Positions 51,282-64,000 of a stretch of 64,000 nt of DNA are shown here, in pieces. This DNA comes from Tubulanus polymorphus. Its lineage: Eukaryota; Animalia; Nemertea. A program made the position numbers and the translations under genes. Location: contig NC_134031.1 in the NCBI RefSeq assembly GCF_964204645.1, positions 18,855,910 to 18,919,909 of the forward strand. The letters run 5' to 3'. Positions within the stretch are counted from its first letter, which is position 1. Every line of letters begins with the position of its first letter. The notes under the pieces are model-generated. The model was not told the origin of the DNA, ran no database searches, and saw only the letters and a program-made list of their open reading frames with translations.

Positions 51282-52777
51282 CAAACGAATAAACACCCTG
51301 CACATTCAATCTATAGAAAGAAGTGTTCTAATTCAATTCTTCGTCCCAACTTTATTTAAATAAAACATGTGTCATTCGTGACAATATTCACTTTAAAATG
51401 TCCTCGTTCGCTACAAGGCAGACGTGCAATATTCCGTGTCTACATGCAAATTTCATATCTTTGAAAAATTGATTGTGAAATTTTAATATAAACGACACAT
51501 TTTAAGGATAAGCTCAGCCGAGGGTTCAGTGCACAGGGACAATGCGGTAGATTGCCCCCAGAGACTGTGTCTGTCGCAGCGATCGTCCTAAAACGAATAC
51601 GGTTTTGAAATTAAATGAACTGTTTTTCGTTTTAATTCGAGTCGTTGAATGGATTATAATTGATGTCATTCGTCTTGTCTCGCGGTGACTCGTCATATTC
51701 ATATCGACGGGAAATCGAAAAAAACTGTGTGAAACTTGAAAATTATACAATACTATACCTAACTATGGTCGCTCGTCCAAAAACGTTGTGTGTCTTCATT
51801 TTTTATTCAAAGTCTTCGATAAAAAGATTTCGTTATCAATCTTTTAGATATAGTGGGTTTCAATCTTATCATCTTTTTGTACAGGTTACTGAATCAACCT
51901 ATGTTTAGTGCACAATATGGCATCAATGTGGGCGTCATTGGCCGTCGTGCTTGGAAGGCTAATGAAGCAAAAAAAAGTTGATGTATATAATGACTGACCA
52001 TCACCGAATCTACATGATTAGACTTTCTAACCTATCATAGACGGACCAAAACTAAGTCGTCGTTTATGTCCATGGACCAATGACACCACGGAATAGCAAG
52101 CCAGCATTCTGCTCATCTATTGAAAACGCCTTTCATATGTGTCTGCACTTATGTTGAGATTTGGTGACGGAAATCCCTGAGAATCATTTGATATTTTCTT
52201 TCCAAATTGTGTCCATTCTAGCTCCGGGTCTTGTCTGCTAGTCCGATCACGTGACCCGTGTCAGCGCCGGGCAGGCCGGGTACTGAAATACGATTAATAC
52301 GACGTCTGCGTGCGCGTTCGTAGTGATCATCAGGCTTCCCGGGGTTCGATCCTAATTTCATTTACTCACGCTGTAAGATGTGATTATTCGAAACTAATCG
52401 AATTTGACGGAAAAACGAGCGAACGCGCGCGCGGTGACGATGAGCAATAATCACAGATTCGTAACAATGGCCGAGACAAAAAAAACAATAGTCGAAAATA
52501 CAATCAGGGCTGATTTAAAAGTATTTCTGATTATTCCTCTGGGCTATTGATGACCATTCTTACTTCCGTTGTAACGACTTATCCATGCAGATTATAGAAT
52601 TGATTATGTCAGAAATCCACGACAGATTCCACTGGACCAGCGGTTCGACACAGTCGTGAAGTAAAGAGTGACTGTCCAGATCCAGGACACAGTACTTTAT
52701 TGAAACGTCTCAGGATTTACTTCACAACAATGTGGTTAAAACTGATGGCAAAATAACCAGGCGTTAGAAGGGAGAGG

Positions 52778-52781
<4 letters not shown>

Positions 52782-52828
<47 letters not shown>

Positions 52829-52919
52829 AGGGAGGGAGGGAGGGAGGGAGGGAGGGAGGGAGGGAGGGAGGGAGGGAGGGAGGGAGGGAGGGAGGGAGGG
52901 AGGGAGGGAGGGAGGGAGG

Positions 52920-53014
<95 letters not shown>

Positions 53015-53333
53015 GGAGAGAGAGAGAGTGGGGAGAGAGAGGAAGAGAGAAAGATCGAGAATGTGAAGCGAGGAGAGGTAGAGGGAGATATAGAGGGAGA
53101 AAGAGAAGAGAGGAGAGGGAGAGGAGGAGGGGGAGAGAGGAGAGAGGGAGAGAGAGAGGAGAGAGAGGTGAGAGAGGAGAGAGAGGTGAGAGAGGAGAGA
53201 GGGAGAAAGAGAGGAGAGAGAGGTGAGAGAGGAGAGAGGGAGAGAGAGAGGAGAGAGGTGAGAGAGGTGAGAGAGGAGAGAGAGGAGAGAGAGGTGAGAG
53301 AGGAGAGAGGGAGAGAGAGGTGAGAGAGGGAGA
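52782..53333 (+). repeat. Compound purine microsatellite: (GA)20-(GGGA)26-(GA)~42, then degenerate GA/GGA
   Basis: GA 52782-52821, GGGA 52822-52925, GA 52926-53010. Confidence 0.98.
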
Positions 53334-53633
53334 CTGTGAAATCGGGCCCTGTGTTGTTCATTATATCAATGAGTCATCTGCCATACTTCCTCTTCCGTCT
53401 GTCGTCCGTCTCTCTCAAATTATTCGGATGATTTCCTTCGTCTTATTATTACCCCAATCAGCTGCGAACAATAGATTATAATAACCACCGTGTCACGTAT
53501 AGAAAAAAAAACCGACTGACTCTCCTCTCGCGCCGGTCAGTCAGATTGGTCATTTAGCCGTAATACGATACACATAACAGGAAATCAGAGCTAATTCGTC
53601 ATCACGAATAATGATAAGTAAAACAAATTATGA

Positions 53634-53705
53634 TTATGGCTCATATGTGGAATAATGGTAACGATATGTTGTCTTATCAATCAAAGACAATCATGTGAGC
53701 CATAA
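53634..53705. repeat. Small inverted-repeat element (14-bp arms)
   Basis: TTATGGCTCATATG ... CATGTGAGCCATAA (13/14 complementary). Confidence 0.7.
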
Positions 53706-53769
53706 CTTCCACAGTTGTCAAAGCTGCTCGGATTCGATTTAGGCACTTTTTCTCAGGCCATTTCTGTTA

Positions 53770-54240
53770 GGTGGGCTATTTACTATGGGCCGAAGATTGC
53801 ACCACGGAGGTAGCAACGTCATTGCAGCACTCCGGAAATATTGACTGACGGACCCAGGCTCATTAATTGTCAATTCATTCTTTGCATACCCATATTCTGA
53901 AAGCATCTCAACGGAAAAGATGACATTGTCCTACGATGTAGGCTGTCAGCTACCAAACCCCTTAGTGTTCTCAGTTTTTGTAGCGTCAGACGCTGTGATT
54001 TGTGGAAGTACATGTATATCTAACTATACTTGAACTTAGATCATAGACAGGGAATTTCAGTGAATATGAGAATTTAATCATATTATCTCATATTTACAGT
54101 AATGAAGGACACCTGTCCTCTTATGAGCCATGTATATCGTTGTCTAAAGTACTTTCCACCGCTCCGAGTGGTTGTGGCTCCCGGCAAAATCCAGCCATCT
54201 ACCCGGACAATTGAAGTCAAGTCCACGGTTAACAAAGCAA
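53770..54240 (+). pseudogene. Probable decayed KDZ (Kyakuja-Dileera-Zisupton) transposase fragment
   Basis: After acceptor TTTCTGTTAG: GGLFTMGRRLHHG...*...FAYPYSESISTEKMTLSYDVGCQL in one frame (53770-53952). After acceptor TATTTACAG (54099): KDTCPLMSHVYRCLKYFPP...STRTIE. The motif order matches KDZ CxHG / YDxxC / DxFHxxxHxxxC / E. Confidence 0.4.
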
Positions 54241-55560
54241 ACAATGACATCAGTACTGATTCCAGATCGTCGGCAAGTGATGTCTCAGAAGACACTACAG
54301 ATTTTAACGAAGGACTACTTGGTCCTAACGATAACCCCGGGGCGCCGAGTATTCCAGCAGCCTGCAGCCTAGAGGGAGACGCCCGGGGCTGGATGCTAAT
54401 TGAAACATTGCCAACGGAAACGGAATCGTGCTAGAAGTAGCCGTTAATAGAGTGAAAAATGTACGGAATGATGGCGTTAAAAATTACAAGTGGATTTACT
54501 ACAGATCTTATAGATTAGCAGTTCAGTCAGTAGCAGTGCTGTCAGTCACGACCGGGTGTCAATCAGAAACATTCTATTTCGAATCTGTCTGATGATTTTC
54601 CCATAGTTTTCACCGTAAGACATTAGCCCAAAAAGTCAGATGGATAAAAGCAACCTTCGGAACTTGTCGAAATGTTGTTTGACTGAGAAAGTTGACCTTG
54701 AACTTAGTTTCAGTTGCGGTCATTGGACCCAGTACCACAGTTATTGGTTCGATTGACTTAGGTGTCAACTTAAATCAATTTTCAACGACCGCACTACCAT
54801 CAGGATAAAAACAGATCAACCTCAAATTTCCACAACGAAGACTTCATATCTCACCAATCGACGATTTCGATATATCGCACGCGACCCATAAAATCTACAC
54901 AGCAAAGAAGGACTGAAAGAGTATGAACTGCGCGCGATACGAAGAAATGAGGCATATTAATTGATCTGGTGCAGGAGTCAATTTTCTGCGCAGTCATTGA
55001 AGAGAAACCTATGAAAGTCGAGTGAACGCAATCGCCACGAAAACTGATTAATTATTATCCGTAAAAACACAAAAGGAGGCCGTAGAAATAGAGAGAAATA
55101 AATCAGTACCAGCGACAGTTGGGCTCGAGCTGGTTCTATATATTGGTCGAGTTCGTGTTGGTTCGTTAGAAATTTCTGATCACATCAAAATCTAATCATT
55201 TTATGAGTCATGTTATAATAGTGATTGTGTGAGTGGCATTTTTGTTCCTTTCTGTTTTATTAACAGAAATCTGACAACTGCCCCGAACAGCTACCCCCCC
55301 CCCCTCCCACCTGGTGTGTCACGATTCTGAGACATCGAATACAGGAATTCTAAAATGAACCTCTCGCTGCTTTTGTCATTGGCAATGTCCATTTTAACGG
55401 CTACAGTTTCAGATCTGATTCAGCATTGAGGGTATGAGATGGCCGTCTTCGGGTATTTAACCGGTTTTGAACTTTGAAACAGTACATCAGTTTTATATCA
55501 GCTAGCTGGAGGGCGTTGGTTTCCATAGACAACAAGTGACTGTTTGATAAAAATGTAGTA

Positions 55561-55635
55561 AAAATCCACACAATAATGAAAAAAAGTGAGAATTTGACGT
55601 TTCGTCCGAATTCTATTGACCACTTTTCAAAAAAT
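55561..55635 (-). mobile_element. Possible divergent hammerhead-like repeat copy (U3-A8 core variant)
   Basis: Minus strand UUU UUGAAAA GUG GUC...GAC GAAA CG UC AAA. Short stems and weak upstream similarity to the other copies. Confidence 0.35.
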
Positions 55636-56613
55636 GAATTATTGTGCAGTTATGTTATTCTGTATACCTCGAGGGTGTCAATCGAGGGGTATGCTTATGA
55701 GCGGCGTCTGGCAATTCGATGCGAAATACGTCATCGTTTTCTGCGCATAACCGTTAGATTTTGGTACTAATTACCAAAATCTACCGCGTACCATTTCTTT
55801 ATCTAGTAATGGCATTAATCTGGATGGCTTTTTTATGTTTCTAAAATGCGTGCGAGCCTGGACTTGCATTGATGACTTCATCGCTATTAATTCGGGTTCA
55901 AAGGTCCGGAATGGAACAAATTGGTCAAGACCCACGCGAGGTCCGCAGCTGCATTCTAAATACACGATAAACAATTAGCGATGTGGCTGAGATCTCGGAC
56001 TGATGGACTGATGCGCGGTGGCTTTCTCTGACACCGTCTTGACCAACAACAATGACGAAATTGATTAAACGTCTTAAATCAATACCCGGCTGTCAACATC
56101 AAACTAACCATCACGTGATTGGCGTTTAAGTCTACTCGACCGGAATGAATTCTATATTTCCGTTGGTGTTTTTTTCTGCGTGATTTGACGCCGCCGATTG
56201 TCATGATGACGTGCACCAGTCAGGTAGAGATTGAGAGAGTGGAATAGAAAAGAGGGAAACCGGGAGGGGGCAGGGAAGGAATGGGAAAGGAAAAAAGGCA
56301 GCTGTGTAATAGAAAAACTGACTGAGGGAGAGAGGAAGAACAGACGAAGATGGCAGACAGGTATAGAAGAGGAGTGATGTAGGGTAAGAGGTAGATAGCG
56401 AGTGGGTGAGCTTGCAAAATGGTGGCATGGGGAGAGTTAGTGAGATAAGGGGGGCGGTGAAATAGGAATAGGGAGAGGGAGAGCAGGGAGAGAGCGCAGA
56501 TATAGTGGGCAGACATAGGGAGGGAGGGCAGGGCCTGGGAGAGAGGAAAGCGAAAGAGGGCATGCACAGGGGAGATGGCAGGGCCTGGGAGAGGGCAGTC
56601 CCTGGGAGAGAAA

Positions 56614-56820
56614 GGGCAGTAACAGGGGAAAAGGTGATAGGGCAGTGCCAGGGCGAGAGGGTGGTAGGGCAGTGCCAGGGAAAGAGGGTGATAGGGCAGT
56701 GCCAGGGCGAGAGGGTGGTAGGGCAGTGCCAGGGAAAGAGGGTGATAGGGCAGTGCCAGGGCGAGAGGGTGGTAGGGCAGTGTCAGGGAAAGAGGGTGAT
56801 AGGGCAGTGCCAGGGCGAGA
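56614..56820. repeat. 27-bp G-rich minisatellite with strict A/B alternation (54-bp higher-order unit)
   Basis: A = GGGCAGTGCCAGGGCGAGAGGGTGGTA, B = GGGCAGTGCCAGGGAAAGAGGGTGATA, arranged ABABAB from 56640; embedded in purine-rich 56220-56820. Confidence 0.97.
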
Positions 56821-57233
56821 TGTTGCTGCAAAGTGCTGTAAAGAGAAGCGTGAGTCACACGCGCTGATGATAATGAAGATTTGGACGGATCAGTGAACAG
56901 ACGTCTAACCGACGGTCTCCGTTATTCCGCGGCCAAATCAAAACGGAAACGACTCGATGACGTTTACAACAAGGTATATTACGATTCCTTTGTTTGCGCG
57001 CCGATCTCTCGCTCCTATCATCGCCGCGCGTACGGATACAATTAGCGAGAGGTTACGCGACGTAGGAAAATTACATCCCGGATTTAATCCGATTGAAATA
57101 AACCCAGGTAACAAAAATACGTTACACTAAACCGAAACGATTTGTAAAACGACAAGATGAACACACAGGACACGGTTTAAATCTTTCGAGCGTAAAAAGA
57201 GTTACTCAGTTTTGTGTCTAGTCCGACAGTTTT

Positions 57234-57397
57234 GGAACCGGTTCCACAAGTCTGTATCCAGTTCCATGAGTATGGACTCTGTTCCACAAATCTGGACCCA
57301 GTTTCACAGTTTGATATTCAGTTCTACATCCAGGTCCTGAACTGCGGAATAGGGTCCTGAACTGTGGAACAGGGTCCTCAACTGTGGAAGAGGTCCT
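57234..57397. repeat. Foldback array of ~20-bp TIR-motif units (5 forward, 3 inverted)
   Basis: GGACCCAGTTCCACA-like units at 57234, 57254, 57274, 57294 and 57314, followed by AACTGTGGAACAGGGTCC-like units x3. Confidence 0.75.
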
Positions 57398-59084
57398 GGG
57401 CTAGAATGATTTAAATAATGCGGTTGCGAAAGACAAACTGTTCGGGCGACGTGAATCGAAAGCGTCATCGATTGATAAAGAGCTTTTTAAAGGGAAGATC
57501 GTTCGCGGTGAAACGTGTGCTCGCATTTTATACAGAGTTATAGAAAAACGAGAAAACTTCGGTTCACATCACGCGACGAGGCGACAAGGAAGTACACATT
57601 CTAAACGCGATACGGGTTCTTTTTATCTTGACACCGGCGACGTATTGGCGTCGAGTGAGTCAGCAAGAATCCTTCTCTCTCTATCCTCCCTCCATCTCTC
57701 TATCTCCAAGGTGCTGAATTATTACATAGAATACGCATCGCGAATCATCAACCGTAAAAGAGACGCCCGCGGTCATTTTCGGTAAAGACAACACGCGCGT
57801 ATATACCTGAGCGCGCGATCGCTCGTCCCCTGTGGGGTTTGAGGAGAGACGGAGATGCACATTTTGTATCTATTATTAATAGATAATAATGAAACTGACT
57901 CAGTGTGTTAGCGATGTGAGTGGTTCGTACTGTGAGGGAATGTGTTTCACATAACTATATTGTCGCTTGTGGAAATTGACAGTATATGAAATTGCGAGAT
58001 TGTCAATAATTCGACTGTTATGCAATGAGTTGATTGACTCGACTGTGAGTGACTGTGTGGTCGGCGACGAGCCGCGTGATACGTTCACCAAGTAAATTAT
58101 CTATCTCTTGTAAAACGGATGAGCAGGTGTCAGATTGATGACGTAAAATGATCGAAAAGTAAAACGATGGATACGAAAGATAATCACGCAAATAATCGTT
58201 TATCTATCCGAGTTTTTCCACGACATTAACGCGCGGAGTACCGCAAGGCTACATACTAACCCCCGCTGAGATATCACAGTTTTGTTCGACAGGGCACAGG
58301 CTCAGATTCTGGAACTGACAAACCCGGCCTAGGCTTCAGTGGGTTTGATTTGACCCCGAATGCAGTTGTTTAATTTCACCCTGAACCAAGTTCCACAGTT
58401 GTGTAGTTTTAATTTGAAAACAGTTCCGCAGCTCTGTGGGTTTAGTATATATGACTCGTTAGTTTGTAATGGCTCTTTGCTGTTACAGATGAACTGGAGA
58501 ATGTTACAACGGACAATGTTGTTGTCATCCTCCTCAAAGACCGCGCAATACGAGCGTCTTCTTTCAGTGCAAGCAAAACCAATCAAACTTTCTAACCAGA
58601 TTAATACAATCCACACAACATCTCCTCGAGATTCGATTCGGCACGCGAAAACTTTCTGTAATTATCTATTACCGAAAAACAAAAGAACTCATCATCAGAG
58701 ACAGAGAGAGGCGAGGGAATGATCGCGCTCTGATGGCACTCGCGTCAGGTAAGTCCATCCGATTATAAAGAAGGACTGTATTATTAATACCGCGGATCAG
58801 GCGGCGGCGACTGATAAAGAACAGCGCGAAACGCGATCATCAGAACGCGAACAAACGCTTTTATGAATCACACACACACACCGTTAATAATAAAATCACT
58901 GCAGTCACCGTAGAAAAGCCGGCTCTAATAAAGCCTGAGTTATATCTCTTAATTTTTAATGAAAATCGAGCCTGTTCTCGAGGGACGAGAGAGGGCGACA
59001 GAGGTCTCCGGTCACGCGGCGAGCGGACTATAGATGAAAGTACGTGGAGAAATTGAATTCCTGATGAAGAATGTCAGCAGCATG

Positions 59085-59478
59085 GACGAGGGAGAGAGGG
59101 GCGAGAGGGGGGAAAAGGGAGACGCAAACGGAAAGAAAGGTTGGTAGAGGGAGAGAGGAAGGAAAATAGAGATGGAGAGGTGAAAAAGGGAGGTGGAAAG
59201 GGGAGGGAGACTGGGTCAGGAGAGAGCATCAGGGGTGAGAAAGAGGAGTCAGGGAAAGGGTGCGAGAAGGGAGGGAGAGAATAATTAGTGAGAGGAGGAG
59301 TGAGCGAAGAGAGAAGAAGTTGGATGGAAGGAAGGAGAGAGAAGCCTAGAAGAAGGTAAGTGAGAGAAAGGGTGGGTGAAGCGAGGGTCGGGAGATGGGA
59401 GTTGGATGGAGGGAAAGTAGAGAGTGATGGAGAAAGAGTGAGGTAAGAGAAAGGAGAGAGAGACTTGAAAGAAGAGAC
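59085..59478 (+). repeat. GA-rich low-complexity tract
   Basis: Strongly purine-biased plus strand. Confidence 0.9.
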
Positions 59479-60437
59479 GCAGATACTTCGACATTAAGAC
59501 GAAACAAGAGAAATAAATCTGAACCGATGATGACAGCAACATTATTAATGTAAAACCTTTCGTGATCAAATGTTTCATCATTAATAGAATTCACGGCGGG
59601 TCCCGCGAGGAGGAGTGCTGTTTTATCAATCATAAAGCCATATAGAATTCGTTTTCATCGGACCCGACTCCGTCGCGTAATCGTGCGAAACACTGTTATA
59701 TCTTCTTTGAAACGTTACCGTCGAATCAAAGCCTTCGACACACGAGGAAACAAATCGATAACGGTCCATTTCAAGGATAAATTAACTCGAACAGTTCTAG
59801 CGAAGATGCCCAGATGAAGATCACGTCTATTGGCCAAAAATGGTCCAACGCCGCAAAAAAACATAGTTTCTCACCCCTCTAACCCTGCTGTCACGTGACC
59901 GTATTGCACCGGAAGTCAGCCCGCAACACCGCACTACACAACGACACTTCTTCATAAATCCGAATCAATTCAGTCGATTTATTGACGATGAAATTCTCTG
60001 CGCGTCGAGAAAACATAAATAAAAACCTGAGACGAAAAACACTTTGTGTCGGCGATTTGTTCGTCACAGCCGTCGGCCGCTACAGCGTGGTATATGAGTT
60101 ATACCGGGCTGTATTTCACGGTGATACAGGACGGTGATGATTTGCATACAGCCTCCACCACCATCACTAGCGACCACAAGTCGAGGCGATAATGAAGTGT
60201 TATTTTCACGGTAACGAAGATAAATGCGATCGAACATTGTCTCTACCTCAACTCATTACATCATAAACAACACCGACGCATTATTCTTACCGACAGTTTT
60301 ATGATCGCGACTTTCTGACCTGACACTCGTGTAATAGTTTTACATTATACGGTGACGGATTTCCGTATATACACCCACGGGTTACATCAGCACCAGGGAC
60401 ACCCTCTTTCTCAACTCAGTGTTATACTGATGTTCTT

Positions 60438-60617
60438 GACCCAGTTCCACAGTTCTTGGCCCAGCTTGACTGCAGTTCCTGACCCAGTTACACAATACTT
60501 GGCCCGGTTCTACAATTTTCGACACAGTTCCACAGCAGTTTGGACCCGGTTTGACTGCAGTTCTGGACCAAGTTCCACATTTCTGGACCCATTCTACAGA
60601 TCTGCACCAAGTTCACC
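60438..60617. repeat. Degenerate tandem array of the ~20-bp GACCCAGTTCCACAGTT motif
   Basis: About 9 head-to-tail degenerate copies. Confidence 0.75.
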
Positions 60618-63600
60618 AGGATTGGTAGATTTGTTTATCTTTAGTAGCTGAACTTCAGCGTCAAACCATTACAGATAACTATGAAACTGATCTGGTTTGA
60701 TTCTGGCACAAAATACAATAGAAATTCCACAATTTATACAGTAGTTTATTTACTGATGAGTTTCGAGATACTAAACCGAATCCTGATACCGAGCGAATCC
60801 ATTTCCAGTCAAAGAAGGTAGATATATTATGCGCCCGTGGTATAAATCAATATTCTAGACCCCACAAGGTTCAGCCCAATCAACAATCTTTCTGCTGTGA
60901 TTTAGTTCAATTTTTTTTCCTCTGAATGAATACGAATGAATTTGACAGCGCTGTTGAACTGTGGTTCAATTATTACTAATCTGAACCTGTCGCTGCGTCA
61001 GATGAACAATATGAATTATGAAGTAAATACGACTATTTCACAACCCGCATGGGATCCCGCGGTCATTCGCGTCAATTTTCGATCATAATATTGGACTTTC
61101 CAATGCGCATTCGTCTGTAGACCTCATACCGTCGTGACGTGGTACCACTCGGTTTGGTCGATGACACATTCGAATCCGGCCCATGCATCGTACTGAAATT
61201 GCCATAGACATTCATGGAGTCAAATTCTGAAATGGGCTAAGACCGTGGCCTTAGAATCTGCACTCTAATCGTCGCATTTGTCCGAGGGTTAAAGTAAACA
61301 GCCCCAGGTGTTTGGGCAGATCTTCTCTCGACTTGAAGAGTGATGATTTTATATCTTGATAAATTTCTCTATGATTACTCATAATTTGATCACACATGAT
61401 ATAACACCTCTCAATCCTCACTCTCTATCGGCAGCCGCGTCGCCTTATGACTCAAAACTAGAGAAAAAAAGTGTCGCAAAGTCCTGCTACAAATCGTATT
61501 GTTTGATGTGAGATCCCTGGTCGCCTGTAACTCATCACCGCTTCACATCGAACAAGAACTTTCTCATCATAACTAGTTTTATTTCGTGTCTTACACGTGA
61601 TTCGACGACAAAACTAGAAACTACGACTGGAAACTTGTCTTTATTTTCTTCAAACGTGCGTTAATTAGACAGTAGTTCTACGAACTGGGAATTGAACGCT
61701 GATATCTCATATGAGTGGTACTGGCAAAATACCCGACCGGTCCACACGACGGGTATAGAAACAGCTCGACTGTGTGACGTCATCGAGGTAACGAAACGCT
61801 ATTTCTCTTGATATCGAAAAGTTGAAAAATGTTTAACCCTTATACATCTATACGCCGATTCCCGGTCGTGTAGGCCAATTCTGATTACCGTAGGGGCCGC
61901 CACAAAAGAAGAGTGACGTGACAAACATTTTATGATATTTCGTTCCAACCTCGAGTCTTATGATCCTGTTAGACAAAAGCCTCTGCGTATCAACCCGGAC
62001 TAGTCGGGTATTTATACATCGGTGAACAGGGCTTTAAAAACGCGCGCACCGCAAAACAAGCCCGTATTTTCATTAAAGCAAAACGATTTTCTCAAGGATT
62101 AAGACGATCTTAGCGCGACATTGTGAGAAACTCTTTTTTACGATCCGGAGTAGTTTCTCTTTGTTATCGCGACGATAAAACAACGAACGGCGCGACAACA
62201 AATTCAAACTGTCCAGATGGAAGAGTAATCCTGTGAATATTGACGAGTGAGTTTATGGGTTCGAGTTGTCAGTGTTTCGGTCGTGTTTACATGTGCTACA
62301 ATCATTTGCTTTACGGCAGTTTCGCATAAAAGAAAGCAGCGATAAAAACTGATGATCAGCAGGCGACTTCAACCAGAACTCGAGACGCTGTTGTTAAATG
62401 GATCGGTTTTTATCGGGTCAGCGGCACCAACTACGGAAATAGGTTCTTAAACATGATTTATCTGGATTGAGTTCCGCGTAGTTTTTGACCTCAAGGAACT
62501 CGAGCCTGATTTATGAGGGCCCTGGTGCTGCATCAACTAACCCCGCTAGATGGCGTTCGTAGCGATACGACAACGCGGTCAAAATCGACTTCATTTTCAT
62601 TTTCTAGATTTTCAGCCAGCCATTATCAGAAATCTAGGAATCAGAAGATAGATCATCGCCGTTTTAAACTCAAGACCCTCTCTTTCCCCCTTAAATTCAA
62701 GTACCAACTCTCACCCCTGCAAAAATCAAGAACCTTCCCTCACCCCTGTTAAGTCTAGAAACTCTCCTCACTCTATGTACATTCTTGTAATAAAGACCAA
62801 GTACAGAGCCATATACAGTAACTATATAGATGAAAATGTATTGTCCTGCAAATCAATTAAGTAAATGGTCCATTAGATAAAGTAGTCCATTATGTTCATG
62901 TTACTCTGACTCGCATCATAAACTACCATCGTCAGTAAAAACAGTAGACTTTAACTCTTCATCGTGACCTTCACTTACAGTCTTATTAATGATACCAGGG
63001 ATGCAGGGGTAATCTTAGACTGGGATATTGGAATGTCGAGCTCTAGAACTATGGAACGAACATTTTGGGACTGATTGTCCAGTCCACGAGACCCGTTCCA
63101 GGGCGCTCAGTTAAATTTGGATTTACGTCATCTAAAATTTGATCGGTTTGAGAAATTCGGATGTTCTAATATCATATTTCCATGTAGAGCGGATTCCAAG
63201 TATATTTTTGAGTGCCGCTGCAGCCATGATCCCGAGTATACCTGAGTCTCGCTACAGCCTCTAGATCCCGAGTTAACGACAGATGTCGATTTGCTCGTAA
63301 ACCTGACTGCTGTATGTGCAATCGAGAGAAGACAATAGAGTGATGAGTGATTTATGGAATTTATACCGGGCACAGTTTGGATGTTATATAATTCAGATCG
63401 GATCAGTTCAGTGTAGTGTGAGTAATTGATAGTAAGGTTCCGATCAGTGAACGGGTTTTATCGGTATTTATGCCGTGTCTGACTCTAACTCGCTGTGGAA
63501 TGTGTGTCGCCGGCCGTAAATCGAATTATTACTTCTATCATCGACGTGAACGTCTCGGAACCTCGGGCAATGCTGCATAACACGTGACATCCTTTTCTAG

Positions 63601-64000
63601 TTAGAAATCATAGAAATCATGGGGAAAATTTACAACAATAAATGAGCTACATCTTGGTTTGTAGGGGTAGTGTACAATTCTAGCGCCTGGAAAACTTTAA
63701 TTTTGGATGGAGAACCCTCGGATCAGGCTATAGTTTCAGGGTAAACCGAGAATAAGTTGTTTTTGAGCATCTTCGGTTCAATTAGAACTTAATTGGAAGA
63801 TTTTGATAAAGTTTAAGATTTCTCGTCAAGTCATCGAAGGTGATCCCAACATTTAGTGAAAAGTCTTAAATTAACAAATCCACTACGTCGTCCCATCCTG
63901 TTTTGTGGAAGATTTCGGTGCATTCATTGTGTGGAAAAAACACGAACACCGAACTAACAGAATAATTTTTCAACGAAAGGAAATTTCGTAAGTTTCTTCT

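Noticed and set aside
52717-53361. 214-aa and 181-aa ORFs (also 36080-36367, 56201-56896, 59285-59633)
   Set aside because: Stop-free only because of GA/CT low complexity or the minisatellite.
60753-60785. CTGATGAG...CGAA hammerhead-like string (also CTGATGAAGCC...GGCT near 22850)
   Set aside because: No GAAA core in register and no stem I/III.

Overview
Eukaryotic genomic DNA, most likely an invertebrate animal: it is AT-rich, CpG is not obviously depleted, and it carries a metazoan-type intron-containing tRNA-Tyr. I find no intact protein-coding gene. The six-frame ORFs are short and either lack homology I can recognise or are produced by simple repeats, so the window looks like a large intron or intergenic stretch. 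The one firm gene is tRNA-Tyr(GTA) with an 18-nt intron (4160-4250). The rest is a repeat landscape: a complete Tourist/PIF-Harbinger-type MITE with a TTA TSD plus a decayed copy; a very abundant short-TIR element family whose terminal motif has seeded several tandem arrays; tRNA-derived SINE-like heads; minisatellites; a pure (CAG)78; and long purine/pyrimidine tracts. The most interesting signals are (i) a dispersed ~110-bp element carrying a minimal type I hammerhead ribozyme of the Penelope-like kind, with one near-intact copy at 37151-37196 (minus strand) and four decayed copies, (ii) a probable decayed, intron-split KDZ-superfamily transposase at ~53770-54240, and (iii) tiny foldback elements whose two arms each carry a Pol III B-box. 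All alignments were done by eye, and boundaries of decayed repeats are approximate.
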